From the NCBI GenBank assembly GCA_963770565.1, contig CAVYQE010000001.1:512001-576000 (forward strand): a DNA stretch of 64,000 bases, given 5' to 3'. The notes beneath the pieces are model-generated. The model searched no databases. It was not told the origin of the DNA and saw only the letters and a program-made list of their open reading frames with translations. This DNA comes from an uncultured Actinomycetota bacterium. GTDB taxonomy: Bacteria > Actinomycetota > Actinomycetes > JAFAQI01. The position numbers were made by a program, and so were the translations under genes. This document shows, piece by piece, positions 39,949 to 49,340 of this stretch (position 1 is its first letter; each line of letters begins with the position of its first letter).

Positions 39949-42003
39949 GTGGCGGCGGCCCCGCCGCAGGAGCTCGAGGTCCGCAGCGTCCTTGCGATCA
40001 AGCCGTTCCGCCGGCTGTGGATCTCGTTGTCGCTGTCGAGCCTCGGCGACTGGCTCGGCTTCCTGGCCACGACCGCGCTGGCGTACGAACTCAACCACTC
40101 CTACTCCGCCAAGGAGTACGCCGTCGCCGGCGTGCTGTTCGTGCGGTTGCTGCCGGCTCTACTGATCGGCCCGATCGCCGGCGCGTGGGCGGACCGGTTC
40201 AACCGGCGCACCACGATGGTGGTCACCGACATCATCCGGTTCCTGTTGTTCCTCTCCATCCCGCTCGAGCCCCATCTGTGGTGGCTGCTGGTCGCGTCGT
40301 TCCTGATCGAGTGCGCGAGCCTGTTCTGGATCCCGGCCAAGGAGGCGTCGATCCCCAACCTGGTGCCGCGCAACCAGCTGGAGTCGGCCAACCAGCTCAA
40401 CTTGGTGACGACCTATGGTTTCGGTGCGGTCGCGGCGGCGCTGTTCGCGGCGCTGGCGTTCGTCAACCGGGTGCTGGCCCACGACCTGTCGTTCTTCCGG
40501 ACCAACCCGGTCAACCTCGCGCTCTACATCGACGCAGCCACGTTCATGGTGTCGGCGCTGACGATCGTCAACCTGCACCAGATCAACAGCGTTGCGCCGA
40601 GGATCGCCGAGGACGGCGACGCCGGCGAGCAGGTCGGTCTGATCCGGTCCATCGCGCAGGGGGCCCGCTTCCTCGGCGGCCAGCGCTGGCTGAAGGGCCT
40701 GGTGCTCGGCATCTGCGGCGCGACCGGCGCCGGTGCCGCCGTGATCAGCCTGTCGCAGCGGTTTGCCCACGACCTGCAGGGTGGCGACGCGGCGTACGGC
40801 ACGTTGTTCGGAACCGTGTTCATCGGACTTGCCTCTGGCATGTTCCTCGGCCCGCGGTTGCTCGGACCGTTCCCGCGCCGGCGGGTGGTCGGGCTCGGGA
40901 TCGTCGCGTGCGGCGTGACCCTCGCGATCGAGGCGCTGGTGCCGAACCTTGCCCTCGCCATCCTGACCACCGGGATCATGGGTTTCTGGGCCGGGCTGGT
41001 CTGGGTGGTCGCGCTCACCCTGGTCGGTCTCGAGGTCAGCGACGAGCTGCGCGGCCGGACCTTCGCCTTCATCTACAACCTGATGCGGCTGGTGCTGCTG
41101 GTCATGGTGGTCGCGGCACCGACGATCGCCGGTCTGATCGGACGACATTCGCTGATCTTCGACGAGTCGCAGGTCCGTCTAGACGGCGTCACCCTGACCC
41201 TCTTCGGCGCGGGATTGCTCGCCGTTGTCCTGGGTCTGGTGTGTTATCGGCTGATGGACGACCGCCGAGACGTGCCGCTGTGGGTGGACATCGTGTCCGC
41301 GCTGCGTCGCCATCGCCCGCGGCTGGGGCGCGGCACCACAGCGGGGCTGTTCATCGCGTTCGAAGGTGGCGAGGGCGCCGGCAAGTCGACCCAGGTCCGG
41401 CGGCTGGCCAAGGGGCTGGAGGGGCTTGGCTACGAGGTCGTGGTCAGTTTCGAGCCCGGCGCGACGGCGGTCGGTGCCCGGCTGCGCGAGATCCTGCTCG
41501 ACAAGGACACCGGTGAGCTCGCGCCGATGTCCGAAGCACTCCTGTACGCCGCCGACCGCGGCCAGCACGTCACGGACGTCGTGCGGCCGGCGCTCGAGCG
41601 CGGCGCAGTCGTGATCTCCGACCGGTACGTCGACTCCTCGATCGCCTATCAAGCGGGAGGGCGGCAGCTGCCGGTCAGCGACATCCGGCGGCTGTCGACG
41701 CTGGCGACCGGCGGCCTGCGTCCGGACCTCACCATCCTGCTCGACATCCCGCCCCGGGTCGGTCTGTCCCGATTGACCGGCCCGGCGGACCGGCTCGAGT
41801 CGGAGACGGTGGAGTTCCACCAGCGGGTGCGGCGGGCGTTCCTCGATCTCGCCAGCCAGAGCCGCGAGCGCTACGTCGTGCTCGACGCGACCTTGACCGA
41901 GGACCAGATCTTCACCGTCGTGATGGCTCGGACCGCGCGGCTGTTGCCCGCCACGACCGCACGCCTCGCGGAGCGGCGGCCGCTGGCCGACGTCCGGCCG
42001 TGA
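39949..42003 (+). CDS. tmk: MFS-domain / thymidylate kinase fusion
   Basis: Multi-TM MFS N-terminus; FIAFEGGEGAGKST, SDRYVDSSIAYQ. Confidence 0.92.
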   Translation: MAAAPPQELEVRSVLAIKPFRRLWISLSLSSLGDWLGFLATTALAYELNHSYSAKEYAVAGVLFVRLLPALLIGPIAGAWADRFNRRTTMVVTDIIRFLLFLSIPLEPHLWWLLVASFLIECASLFWIPAKEASIPNLVPRNQLESANQLNLVTTYGFGAVAAALFAALAFVNRVLAHDLSFFRTNPVNLALYIDAATFMVSALTIVNLHQINSVAPRIAEDGDAGEQVGLIRSIAQGARFLGGQRWLKGLVLGICGATGAGAAVISLSQRFAHDLQGGDAAYGTLFGTVFIGLASGMFLGPRLLGPFPRRRVVGLGIVACGVTLAIEALVPNLALAILTTGIMGFWAGLVWVVALTLVGLEVSDELRGRTFAFIYNLMRLVLLVMVVAAPTIAGLIGRHSLIFDESQVRLDGVTLTLFGAGLLAVVLGLVCYRLMDDRRDVPLWVDIVSALRRHRPRLGRGTTAGLFIAFEGGEGAGKSTQVRRLAKGLEGLGYEVVVSFEPGATAVGARLREILLDKDTGELAPMSEALLYAADRGQHVTDVVRPALERGAVVISDRYVDSSIAYQAGGRQLPVSDIRRLSTLATGGLRPDLTILLDIPPRVGLSRLTGPADRLESETVEFHQRVRRAFLDLASQSRERYVVLDATLTEDQIFTVVMARTARLLPATTARLAERRPLADVRP

Positions 42004-42034
42004 CTGCATCCTGCGCGGCCGGGCAGGCGGCGAC

Positions 42035-43198
42035 GTGAGCACGTTCGACGCCCTCGTCGGACAGGAGCAAGTCGTCGACGAGCTCAGGAACGCGGTCGAG
42101 GCGGCGCAGGCGGTTGTGCGCGGCAACTCCGACGTACGGATGGCCCACGCGTGGTTGTTCACCGGGCCGCCCGGATCCGGCCGGTCGGTGGCGGCCTGCG
42201 CGTTCGCCGCGGCGTTGCAGTGTGGTGACGGCGGCTGCGGCACCTGCCATGAATGCCGTACGGCTATGGCGGGCACCCATGCCGATGTCGAGATCGTGTT
42301 GCCGGCCGGCTTGTCCTACAGCGTGGCCGAGACCCGCGAGCTGGTGGCTCGAGCCGCGCTCGCGCCGACCCGCGGGCGCTGGCAGGTGACGATCGTCGAG
42401 GACGCCGACCGCTTCACCGAGCAGGCGCTGAATGCGCTGCTGAAGTCGCTCGAGGAGCCTCCGCCGCGCGGGGTGTGGCTGCTGTGCGCCCCGTCCACCG
42501 AGGATCTGCTGCCGACGATTCGATCTCGCTGCCGGGTCGTGACCCTGCGGATCCCGTCGAGCAGCGCGGTGGCCGGATACCTCGAACGCGAGGGGGTCGA
42601 GCCGGACGTGGCCAAGTTCGCGGCGCGTGCCTCGCAGGGTCACATCGGCCGGGCCCGCCGGCTAGCGGTCGACGCAGAGGCGGCTCGCCGCCGCCGGGAG
42701 GTGCTCGAGTTGCCGATGCAGGTCGAGCGGGTCGGCAGCTGCTTTGCCGCGGCCGAGCGGCTGGTCAACGCGGCGAAGGAAGAGGCCGCCGCGGTCAGCG
42801 ACGCACTCGACGGCGATGAGAAGGCTGCGCTTCGCGAGGCCCTCGGCGACATCGGTGGCCGCGGCGTCGCCAAGCCTCGCGGCGTCGCCGGCGCGATCTC
42901 GGAGCTTGAACGCCGGCAGCGCTCGCGAGCCACCCGCACGCAGCGGGATGCGCTCGACCGGGCGCTGGTCGATCTGGCCTCGTTCTATCGCGACGTGCTC
43001 GTGCTCCAGCTCGGCGCACCGGTCGAGACGATCAACGCCGACCTAGACCCCACCCTGGCGAAGCTGGCCGGGGCGGCATCGCCCGAGGCGACCTTGCGCC
43101 GGATCGAGGCGGTTCTTGCCGCGCGAGAGGCGATCGAAACCAACGTGGCGCCGCTGCTTGCGGTCGAGGCGATGGCGATCTCGCTGCACACCGGCTGA
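42035..43198 (+). CDS. holB: DNA polymerase III subunit delta'
   Basis: HAWLFTGPPGSGRS, CGTCHEC, NALLKSLEEP, TIRSRC. Confidence 0.95.
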   Translation: MSTFDALVGQEQVVDELRNAVEAAQAVVRGNSDVRMAHAWLFTGPPGSGRSVAACAFAAALQCGDGGCGTCHECRTAMAGTHADVEIVLPAGLSYSVAETRELVARAALAPTRGRWQVTIVEDADRFTEQALNALLKSLEEPPPRGVWLLCAPSTEDLLPTIRSRCRVVTLRIPSSSAVAGYLEREGVEPDVAKFAARASQGHIGRARRLAVDAEAARRRREVLELPMQVERVGSCFAAAERLVNAAKEEAAAVSDALDGDEKAALREALGDIGGRGVAKPRGVAGAISELERRQRSRATRTQRDALDRALVDLASFYRDVLVLQLGAPVETINADLDPTLAKLAGAASPEATLRRIEAVLAAREAIETNVAPLLAVEAMAISLHTG

Positions 43199-43320
43199 CC
43201 GACTCGCCCGCCGGTCAGCGATTGCCCGGCGCCGTACGCTTCGATGGTGGCGTTCGTGATGGCGGATCATGTGGCCCGCGACAGTGTCGTCGGACGACTG
43301 CCGGCGTCCGATCCTGGAGC

Positions 43321-44838
43321 GTCGTCATCCGGCGCTTGATCCTCGGCCTGTCTCTCGTCGCCGTCGCGATGGCCGGCTGCACGACGTCGGGCTCGTCGCC
43401 GTCCAAGCAGGCGAGGACGTCGAGCCCGCCCCCAGCGGCGGTCACCGCATCGCCGCCCGACCTGCGGCGCTTCTACACCCAGCAACTGGTCTGGCAGCCG
43501 TGCGACAACAGCTTCCAGTGCGCGAGCCTGCTTGTGCCGCTCGATTACAGCCACCCGAGCGGCGCGACGCTGCACATCGCGGTCGTCCGGCAGCCGTCGT
43601 CGGGCAGTCACGAGGGCTCGCTGATCATCAACCCGGGTGGGCCGGGCGCATCCGGGATCAGCTTCGAGGAGGAGGCCGCGTCGGCGTTCTCCCAGCTCAC
43701 CGACCACTACGACCTGGTGTCGTTCGATCCGCGCGGGGTCGGGCAATCCAACCCGATCCGTTGTCTGTCGTCGGCGCAGCTCGATGCCTACGTCAACACC
43801 GACCCGGTGCCGGCCAACGCGGGACAGCTCGCTGCGGTGGTCAACGAAGCGAAGCTCTTTGCCAACGACTGCTACAAGCGCAACGGCAGCTATCTCGAAC
43901 ATGTCGGCACGATCGACCAGGCGCGAGACATGGACGTGCTGCGGGCCGCGCTCGGTGACGCCAAGCTCACTTACTACGGCGCTTCCTACGGGACCTATCT
44001 GGGCGCGAAGTATGCCCAGCTGTTCCCCACTCACATCCGGGCCATGGTGCTCGACGGCGCGCTGAATCCGGAAGAGCCGGTGACGCAGGAAAACCTCATT
44101 CAGGCCAAGGGTTTTCAGACCGACCTCGAGGACTTCCTCGCGGCCTGTGTCCGTTCCGGCTCATGTCCGCTCGGGTCCACCGACGCCGGTGCGCTCGCCG
44201 ATGTCGATGCGTTGCAGGCGCGGCTCACCACGACGCCGGAGAACGTCAACGGACGTGAGCTCGGTGCGGGGGAGTTCTTCGAAGGGCTCGCGGCCGGGTT
44301 GTATTCGCCGAGCGACTGGCCCGAGTTGTGGAAGACCCTCGGCAACGCGCAGGCCGGTGACGGCACCGACCTGTTGTTGTTTGCCGACTCGCTGACCGAG
44401 CGACAGTCCGACGGCAGCTACACCAACCTGATCGAGTCCAACATGGCGATCAACTGCATCGACCGGCCGTCGCCCCGGTCGGTGTCGACGTACGTCGCCG
44501 ACGCAAAGGCCTTTGCCAAGCAGGCGCCGGACTTCGGTGCCGCGATCGAGTATGGCTCGCTGCCCTGCGCGTTCTGGCACGTGCCACCGGTCGAGCAGCT
44601 GCATCCGGTCACCGCGCCGGGCGCGCCGCCGATTCTCGTCATCGGCACGACTCGCGACCCGGCCACGCCGTACGTCTGGGCCCAGGCGCTGGCCAAGCAG
44701 CTGTCGTCGGGCGTGCTCCTGACGTACGTCGGCGACGGCCACACCGCCTACCTCCGGCACGATGCCTGCGTCGACGCGGTCGTGCAGAGCTATGTCGACG
44801 ACCTCGTGACGCCGAAGCCGGGGAAGACCTGCGGATAA
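43321..44838 (+). CDS. Lipoprotein alpha/beta hydrolase (tripeptidyl-peptidase/TAP-like protease)
   Basis: Lipobox MAGC, NPGGPGASG, FDPRGVG, GASYGT, DPATPY, GHTAY; start uncertain. Confidence 0.88.
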   Translation, partial: VVIRRLILGLSLVAVAMAGCTTSGSSPSKQARTSSPPPAAVTASPPDLRRFYTQQLVWQPCDNSFQCASLLVPLDYSHPSGATLHIAVVRQPSSGSHEGSLIINPGGPGASGISFEEEAASAFSQLTDHYDLVSFDPRGVGQSNPIRCLSSAQLDAYVNTDPVPANAGQLAAVVNEAKLFANDCYKRNGSYLEHVGTIDQARDMDVLRAALGDAKLTYYGASYGTYLGAKYAQLFPTHIRAMVLDGALNPEEPVTQENLIQAKGFQTDLEDFLAACVRSGSCPLGSTDAGALADVDALQARLTTTPENVNGRELGAGEFFEGLAAGLYSPSDWPELWKTLGNAQAGDGTDLLLFADSLTERQSDGSYTNLIESNMAINCIDRPSPRSVSTYVADAKAFAKQAPDFGAAIEYGSLPCAFWHVPPVEQLHPVTAPGAPPILVIGTTRDPATPYVWAQALAKQLSSGVLLTYVGDGHTAYLRHDACVDAVVQSYVDDLVTPKPGKTCG

Positions 44839-44902
44839 CGCCGTGATCCAGCCGACCCGGCACGGCTAGACTTCCTCGCGTTGCGCCGCTCGCCCGGCGT
44901 AC

Positions 44903-44975
44903 GCCGCCTTAGCTCAGTCGGTAGAGCGATTCACTCGTAATGAATAGGTCGTCGGTTCGATTCCGACAGGCGGCT
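44903..44975 (+). tRNA. tRNA-Thr (anticodon CGT)
   Basis: GCCGCCT/AGGCGGC stem, loop CTCGTAA, GGTTCGATTCC; CCA not encoded (followed by CCG). Confidence 0.95.
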
Positions 44976-45024
44976 CCGTGTGCCCGACCGGGTCGTGGCA
45001 AGGTCGGGGGTAGAGGAGGACCAC

Positions 45025-45474
45025 GTGACAGAGCAGCACTACAAGAAGCCCGATTGGTTCACCACGCACGTCTTCAACCCGACCGTCGCGGGCCTCACCC
45101 GGATGGGCGTGAGCGTCTGGGGCTCGCGGGTCCTGGAGGTCCGGGGCCGCACCAGCGGCGAGCCGCGCCGGACACCGGTCAACCTGCTGACCTTCGAAGG
45201 TGCGCAGTACCTCGTCGCGCCTCGGGGTGAAACCCAATGGGTGCGCAACCTGCGGGTCGCCGGCGACGGCGTACTCCTGGTCGGCCGGCGCCGGCAGGCG
45301 TTCACTGCGGAGGAGCTGCCCGACGGCGAGAAGCCCGAAGTGCTGCGGGCGTATCTCAAGCGCTGGAAGGCCGAGGTCGGCGTCTTCTTCGACGGCGTGA
45401 GCGCCACCTCGACCGACGCCGAGCTCGACCGGATCGCTCCCCGCCACCCGGTCTTCCGGATCGCCTCGAAGTAG
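45025..45474 (+). CDS. Deazaflavin (F420)-dependent nitroreductase-family oxidoreductase
   Basis: GRTSGEPRRTPV, QWVRNLRVAG, C-terminal HPVFRI. Confidence 0.85.
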   Translation: MTEQHYKKPDWFTTHVFNPTVAGLTRMGVSVWGSRVLEVRGRTSGEPRRTPVNLLTFEGAQYLVAPRGETQWVRNLRVAGDGVLLVGRRRQAFTAEELPDGEKPEVLRAYLKRWKAEVGVFFDGVSATSTDAELDRIAPRHPVFRIASK

Positions 45475-45482
45475 CGCCGGTA

Positions 45483-47195
45483 GTGAGAGGCAGCTCGCAG
45501 CTCGGACCGCGAGAGCGCGAAGACGCCTGGAAGTCACTCGATGGTGGCAGCGTCGACGTGCTCGTCGTCGGCGCTGGAGTGGTCGGCAGCGGGGCCGCGC
45601 TCGACGCGGCGACCCGCGGCCTGAGCACCGCCCTGGTCGAGGCCCGGGACATCGCGAGCGGCACGTCGTCGCGGTCGAGCAAGCTCTTCCACGGCGGGCT
45701 GCGCTACCTCGAGCAGTTCGACTTCGGCCTGGTGCGCGAGGCACTGCACGAACGCGAGCTGGTCCTGACTCGGCTCGCCCCGCATCTGGTGAAGCCGGTC
45801 TCGTTCCTTTACCCGCTGACCCACTACGGCTGGGAGCGGATCTATGTCGGCGCCGGCCTTGCGTTGTACGACGCGATCGGCGGCGCCCGATCGTTGCCGC
45901 GCCACGAGCATCTGACCCGGCGCGGCGCTCGCGCGTTGGCCCCGGCGCTGCGGAACGACGCCCTCGTCGGCGGCATTCGCTACTACGACGCCGAGTGCGA
46001 CGACGCCCGCTACACCTTGACGCTCGCCCGCACGGCCGCGTCGTACGGCGCGGTGGTCCGATCCTCGACCGAGGTCGTGGGGTTCGTTCGAGAGGGTGGC
46101 CGGATCACCGGCGCGGAGCTGCGCGACACCGAGACCGGGGCGACCTGCATGGTGCGCACCGGCGTGGTGATCAACGCGACTGGCGTGTGGACCGACGACG
46201 TGCAACGGCTCGCCGACTCGCGCGGAGAGTTCAAGGTGCGGGCGTCGAAGGGCATCCACATCGTGGTGCCCAGGGACCGGATCTCCTCGACGACCGGGCT
46301 GATCCTGCGGACCGACGTGTCGGTGTTGTTCGTGATCCCGTGGGGTGACTACTGGATCATCGGAACGACCGACGACGACTGGAACCACGACAAGGCGCAT
46401 CCGGCCGCGAGTCGCGTCGACATCGACTACCTGCTCCACCACGTCAACCGGGTGCTTGCGGTTCCGCTGACGCGCGACGACATCTCCGGCGTGTACGCGG
46501 GGTTGCGGCCGCTGCTGTCCGGCGAGCACGAGGAGACCTCGCAGCTCTCGCGCGAGCACGCGATCAGCCGATCACCGCGCGGCATGGTGTCGGTGGCGGG
46601 CGGGAAGTACACGACGTACCGGGTGATGGCGAAGGACGCGGTCGACGCCGCGGTCGACGATCTCGGCCGGCACACGCCGTCGTGCGTCACCGAACACGTC
46701 CGCCTACTCGGCGCCGACGGCTACCACGCCCTGGCCAACCAGGTGGAGTCGCTGGCCGCCGGTCTCGACCTGCCGCGATGGCGGATGGATCACCTGCTCA
46801 ATCGTTACGGCGCCATGGTGTACGACGTGCTGGCGCCGGCCCGCGACGATCCGGCGTTGCTCGAGCCGGTGCGCGGCGCCGGTCTCTACCTGATGGCCGA
46901 GGTCCGCTACGCGGCGACCCACGAGGGCGCGCTGCATCTCGATGACGTGCTCGCCCGCCGGACCCGGATCTCGATCGAGACGACGCATCGCGGGGTCGAG
47001 TCCGCGCGCGGGGTGGCCGCGCTGCTGGCGTCGGTGCTCGGGTGGGACGACGCGACCAGAGAGCGCGAGGTGGCGACGTACTTCGGCCGGGTCGAGGCAG
47101 AACGGTTGTCGCAGGAGCAGACCGACGACGCGAACGCCGACGCCTGGCGGCTGCTCGCACCCGACACCCGCCAAACCATCACCGACTCCCGCTGA
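45483..47195 (+). CDS. glpD: FAD-dependent glycerol-3-phosphate dehydrogenase/oxidase
   Basis: VVGAGVVG, SGTSSRSSKLFHGGLRYL, GGKYTTYRVMA. Confidence 0.93.
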   Translation: MRGSSQLGPREREDAWKSLDGGSVDVLVVGAGVVGSGAALDAATRGLSTALVEARDIASGTSSRSSKLFHGGLRYLEQFDFGLVREALHERELVLTRLAPHLVKPVSFLYPLTHYGWERIYVGAGLALYDAIGGARSLPRHEHLTRRGARALAPALRNDALVGGIRYYDAECDDARYTLTLARTAASYGAVVRSSTEVVGFVREGGRITGAELRDTETGATCMVRTGVVINATGVWTDDVQRLADSRGEFKVRASKGIHIVVPRDRISSTTGLILRTDVSVLFVIPWGDYWIIGTTDDDWNHDKAHPAASRVDIDYLLHHVNRVLAVPLTRDDISGVYAGLRPLLSGEHEETSQLSREHAISRSPRGMVSVAGGKYTTYRVMAKDAVDAAVDDLGRHTPSCVTEHVRLLGADGYHALANQVESLAAGLDLPRWRMDHLLNRYGAMVYDVLAPARDDPALLEPVRGAGLYLMAEVRYAATHEGALHLDDVLARRTRISIETTHRGVESARGVAALLASVLGWDDATREREVATYFGRVEAERLSQEQTDDANADAWRLLAPDTRQTITDSR

Positions 47196-47198
47196 GCA

Positions 47199-47283
47199 CC
47201 ACGCATGGCCCACGCGTGGGGCTATAGCCCCACCGATGGGCCATGCGTGGGGCTATAGCCCCACCAATGGGCCATGCGTGTGG
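47199..47283. repeat. REP/BIME-like palindromic repeat cluster, copy C
   Basis: gctatagc cores at 47221 and 47252 (period 31); reverse complement matches copy A; fills the gap between convergent stops. Confidence 0.88.
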
Positions 47284-47691
47284 CTAGGTGCGGCGGTTGC
47301 GGACGGCGCGTACGCCGCGCCAGACTCCGTAGCCGACCCCGGTCGACGCGGCCGCGCCGACGGTCAGGAACGCGATCGACAGCCCCGGCCGGGCACCACT
47401 GATCGCGCCCCGAGCAGGTACGGCGGCCCGCGACCGCACACTGCGCTGGTCGGCGCGGGCGAGCAGGTCCTCGAGCAACCCGGGCGGCGGCTCGGGCGGC
47501 TGGGTGCGCAGCGAAGCGAGCGCCTCGGCAAGCTGCTCCTGTCGTGCGAGCTCCGCGGAGCAGTCCGCGCAACGGCGAAGGTGCGCACGGGTCACGTGCA
47601 GCGACCAGCCGGACAGCTCGCCGGCGGTCAGCGCCGGGAACTGGGAGCGGGCCTCGCGGCAGAACCGCGGCGGTTCGCGGTCGGCGGTCAT
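47284..47691 (-). CDS. Zinc-binding anti-sigma factor (ZAS, zf-HC2)
   Basis: C...HLRRCADC (HxxxCxxC), C-terminal TM segment; ATGA overlap with the sigma factor. Confidence 0.82.
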   Translation of the reverse strand: MTADREPPRFCREARSQFPALTAGELSGWSLHVTRAHLRRCADCSAELARQEQLAEALASLRTQPPEPPPGLLEDLLARADQRSVRSRAAVPARGAISGARPGLSIAFLTVGAAASTGVGYGVWRGVRAVRNRRT

Positions 47692-48278
47692 GCCGGCTCG
47701 CCAAATGAGTCGCCGGTGCCGACGACGAGGGCCCGCAACCGGGTGTGAGCGCGGTGCAGTCGCACCTTCACGACCGTCTCGGTGACCCCGAGCAACTCCG
47801 CCACCTCTTTCGTCGACAACCCCTCGATGTCTCGCAACACCACCACCGCCCTGGCGTCTTCCGGCAGGGTGGCGAGCGCGGCTTCCGACCGCGCGGCGAG
47901 GTCGGCGGTGGCCGCGAGGTCGTCCGGTTGCGGACCCCGGGCGGCAAGCGCGGACTCGTCCGCGGGCAGGCCGAACGGCGAGTGCCCGGCGACAAGGCCG
48001 GCTTCCCGGGCCCGCGCGCGCTTGCGCAGCATGGTGAGGCAGACGTTGACCGTGACCCGATGCAGCCAGGTGCCGAAGGTCGAGTCGCCCCGGAATCCGA
48101 GCACCGATCTCATCACCCGCACGAACACCTCCTGCGTCGCGTCGGCCGCCTCCTCCGGATCGACGAGCATCCGGCGGGCCAGGGCGTAGACATCGGCGTA
48201 CGTCGCTCGGATCAGCGCGTCGAGGGCCCCCGCCTCGCCGCGCTGGCAAGCCCGCACAAGTGCCGGGTCCACCTCCAC
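47688..48278 (-). CDS. ECF RNA polymerase sigma factor
   Basis: AADATQEVFVR, FGTWLHRVTVN (region 2); LRDIEGLSTKEVAELLG...VKVRLHRA (region 4). Confidence 0.92.
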   Translation of the reverse strand: MEVDPALVRACQRGEAGALDALIRATYADVYALARRMLVDPEEAADATQEVFVRVMRSVLGFRGDSTFGTWLHRVTVNVCLTMLRKRARAREAGLVAGHSPFGLPADESALAARGPQPDDLAATADLAARSEAALATLPEDARAVVVLRDIEGLSTKEVAELLGVTETVVKVRLHRAHTRLRALVVGTGDSFGEPA

Positions 48279-48285
48279 TGTTGGG

Positions 48286-48366
48286 TTCGACTCCTTCGCG
48301 TTCGGATCCGTTACCGGGACATCGGCCGAAATTGGTCGGTAACCAAGGCTGCGCCGCGAAGTCAAA
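48286..48366. promoter_or_regulatory. Pair of divergent ECF-type promoters
   Basis: CGGTAAC-N17-GTCAAA on plus (48337-48366) and CGGTAAC-N18-GTCGAA on minus (48316-48286). Confidence 0.6.
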
Positions 48367-48411
48367 ACAGGTGAAGCGGCGCGCCGTGCGTCGCGGAGGA
48401 GGAGTAGTCCG

Positions 48412-48720
48412 ATGTACGCATTCGTCGTGTTCGTGGGTCTTGCGCTCGCGCTCGCCGTAGTGGGCGAGGTGCTCGGCGAGGTGCTTCCTGTCAAGGCCCC
48501 GAAAGCGCTCACGACCACGTTGTCGGTCGGGATCGCGATCCTCATCGCCTGGGCTCTGGACTGGTCGGTCTTCCGCGCGTTCGGGCAGCCGCTGCGTGAG
48601 GCGTGGATGAACCCGGTTGCCACCGGCGTCGTGTTGGTCGGCATGGGTGCCGCCATCCGGGCGCTCGTGGGCAACCTCGGCCTGAGCATCTCGATCGGCT
48701 CCAGGTCGAAGACCGCGTAA
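48412..48720 (+). CDS. Small membrane protein of unknown function
   Basis: RBS GGAGGAG, about three hydrophobic helices. Confidence 0.75.
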   Translation: MYAFVVFVGLALALAVVGEVLGEVLPVKAPKALTTTLSVGIAILIAWALDWSVFRAFGQPLREAWMNPVATGVVLVGMGAAIRALVGNLGLSISIGSRSKTA

Positions 48721-48753
48721 CGCTCCGGACGCCTCGGCGTCACTCGAGCAGCC

Positions 48754-48791
48754 CCGCCCGCCGTACTGCGATTCCCCGGTACGGCGGGCGG
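48754..48791. terminator. Hairpin between convergent genes (possible bidirectional terminator)
   Basis: 13-bp perfect stem ccgcccgccgtac / gtacggcgggcgg; no U-tract. Confidence 0.5.
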
Positions 48792-48816
48792 ACCGCGTTC
48801 TGCGTGGGCGCTGCCC

Positions 48817-49305
48817 TCAGTGGCCGGCGTCGGCCAGTCGCTGCCGGGACGCAGCAATCTCGGCTTCGGCGTCGTCCCGCCCGGCCCAGTGCGCGCCCTC
48901 GACGCTCTTGCCGGGTTCGAGGTCCTTGTAGACCTCGAAGAAGTGCTGGATCTCCAGCCGGTCGAACTCCGGCATGTCATTGACGTCGCGAAGGTGCTGC
49001 TGGCGCGGGTCGTTGGCCGGCACGCACATGACCTTGTCGTCGCGACCCTTCTCGTCGGTCATCCGGAACATCCCGATCGCCCGGCACTTGATCAGGCAGC
49101 CCGGGAAGGTCGGCTCGGGAAGCAGCACCATCGCGTCGAGCGGATCGCCGTCCTGACCGAGGGTGTCCTCGATGAACCCGTAGTCGGCGGGGTACTGGGT
49201 CGAGGTGAACAGCGTGCGGTCCAGCCGGATCCGGCCGGTCTCGTGGTCCATCTCGTACTTGTTGCGGTGACCCTTCGGAATCTCGATCGTGACGTCGAAC
49301 TCCAC
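48817..49305 (-). CDS. ppa: Soluble inorganic pyrophosphatase (family I)
   Basis: [32 protein letters not shown]. Confidence 0.96.
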   Translation of the reverse strand: MEFDVTIEIPKGHRNKYEMDHETGRIRLDRTLFTSTQYPADYGFIEDTLGQDGDPLDAMVLLPEPTFPGCLIKCRAIGMFRMTDEKGRDDKVMCVPANDPRQQHLRDVNDMPEFDRLEIQHFFEVYKDLEPGKSVEGAHWAGRDDAEAEIAASRQRLADAGH

Positions 49306-49340
49306 GCGGGCTCCTATCGGCTCGTCAGGTTCACCACGTA

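Noticed and set aside
44960-48800. att-bounded island after tRNA-Thr
   Set aside because: No duplicate of the tRNA 3' end and no integrase seen
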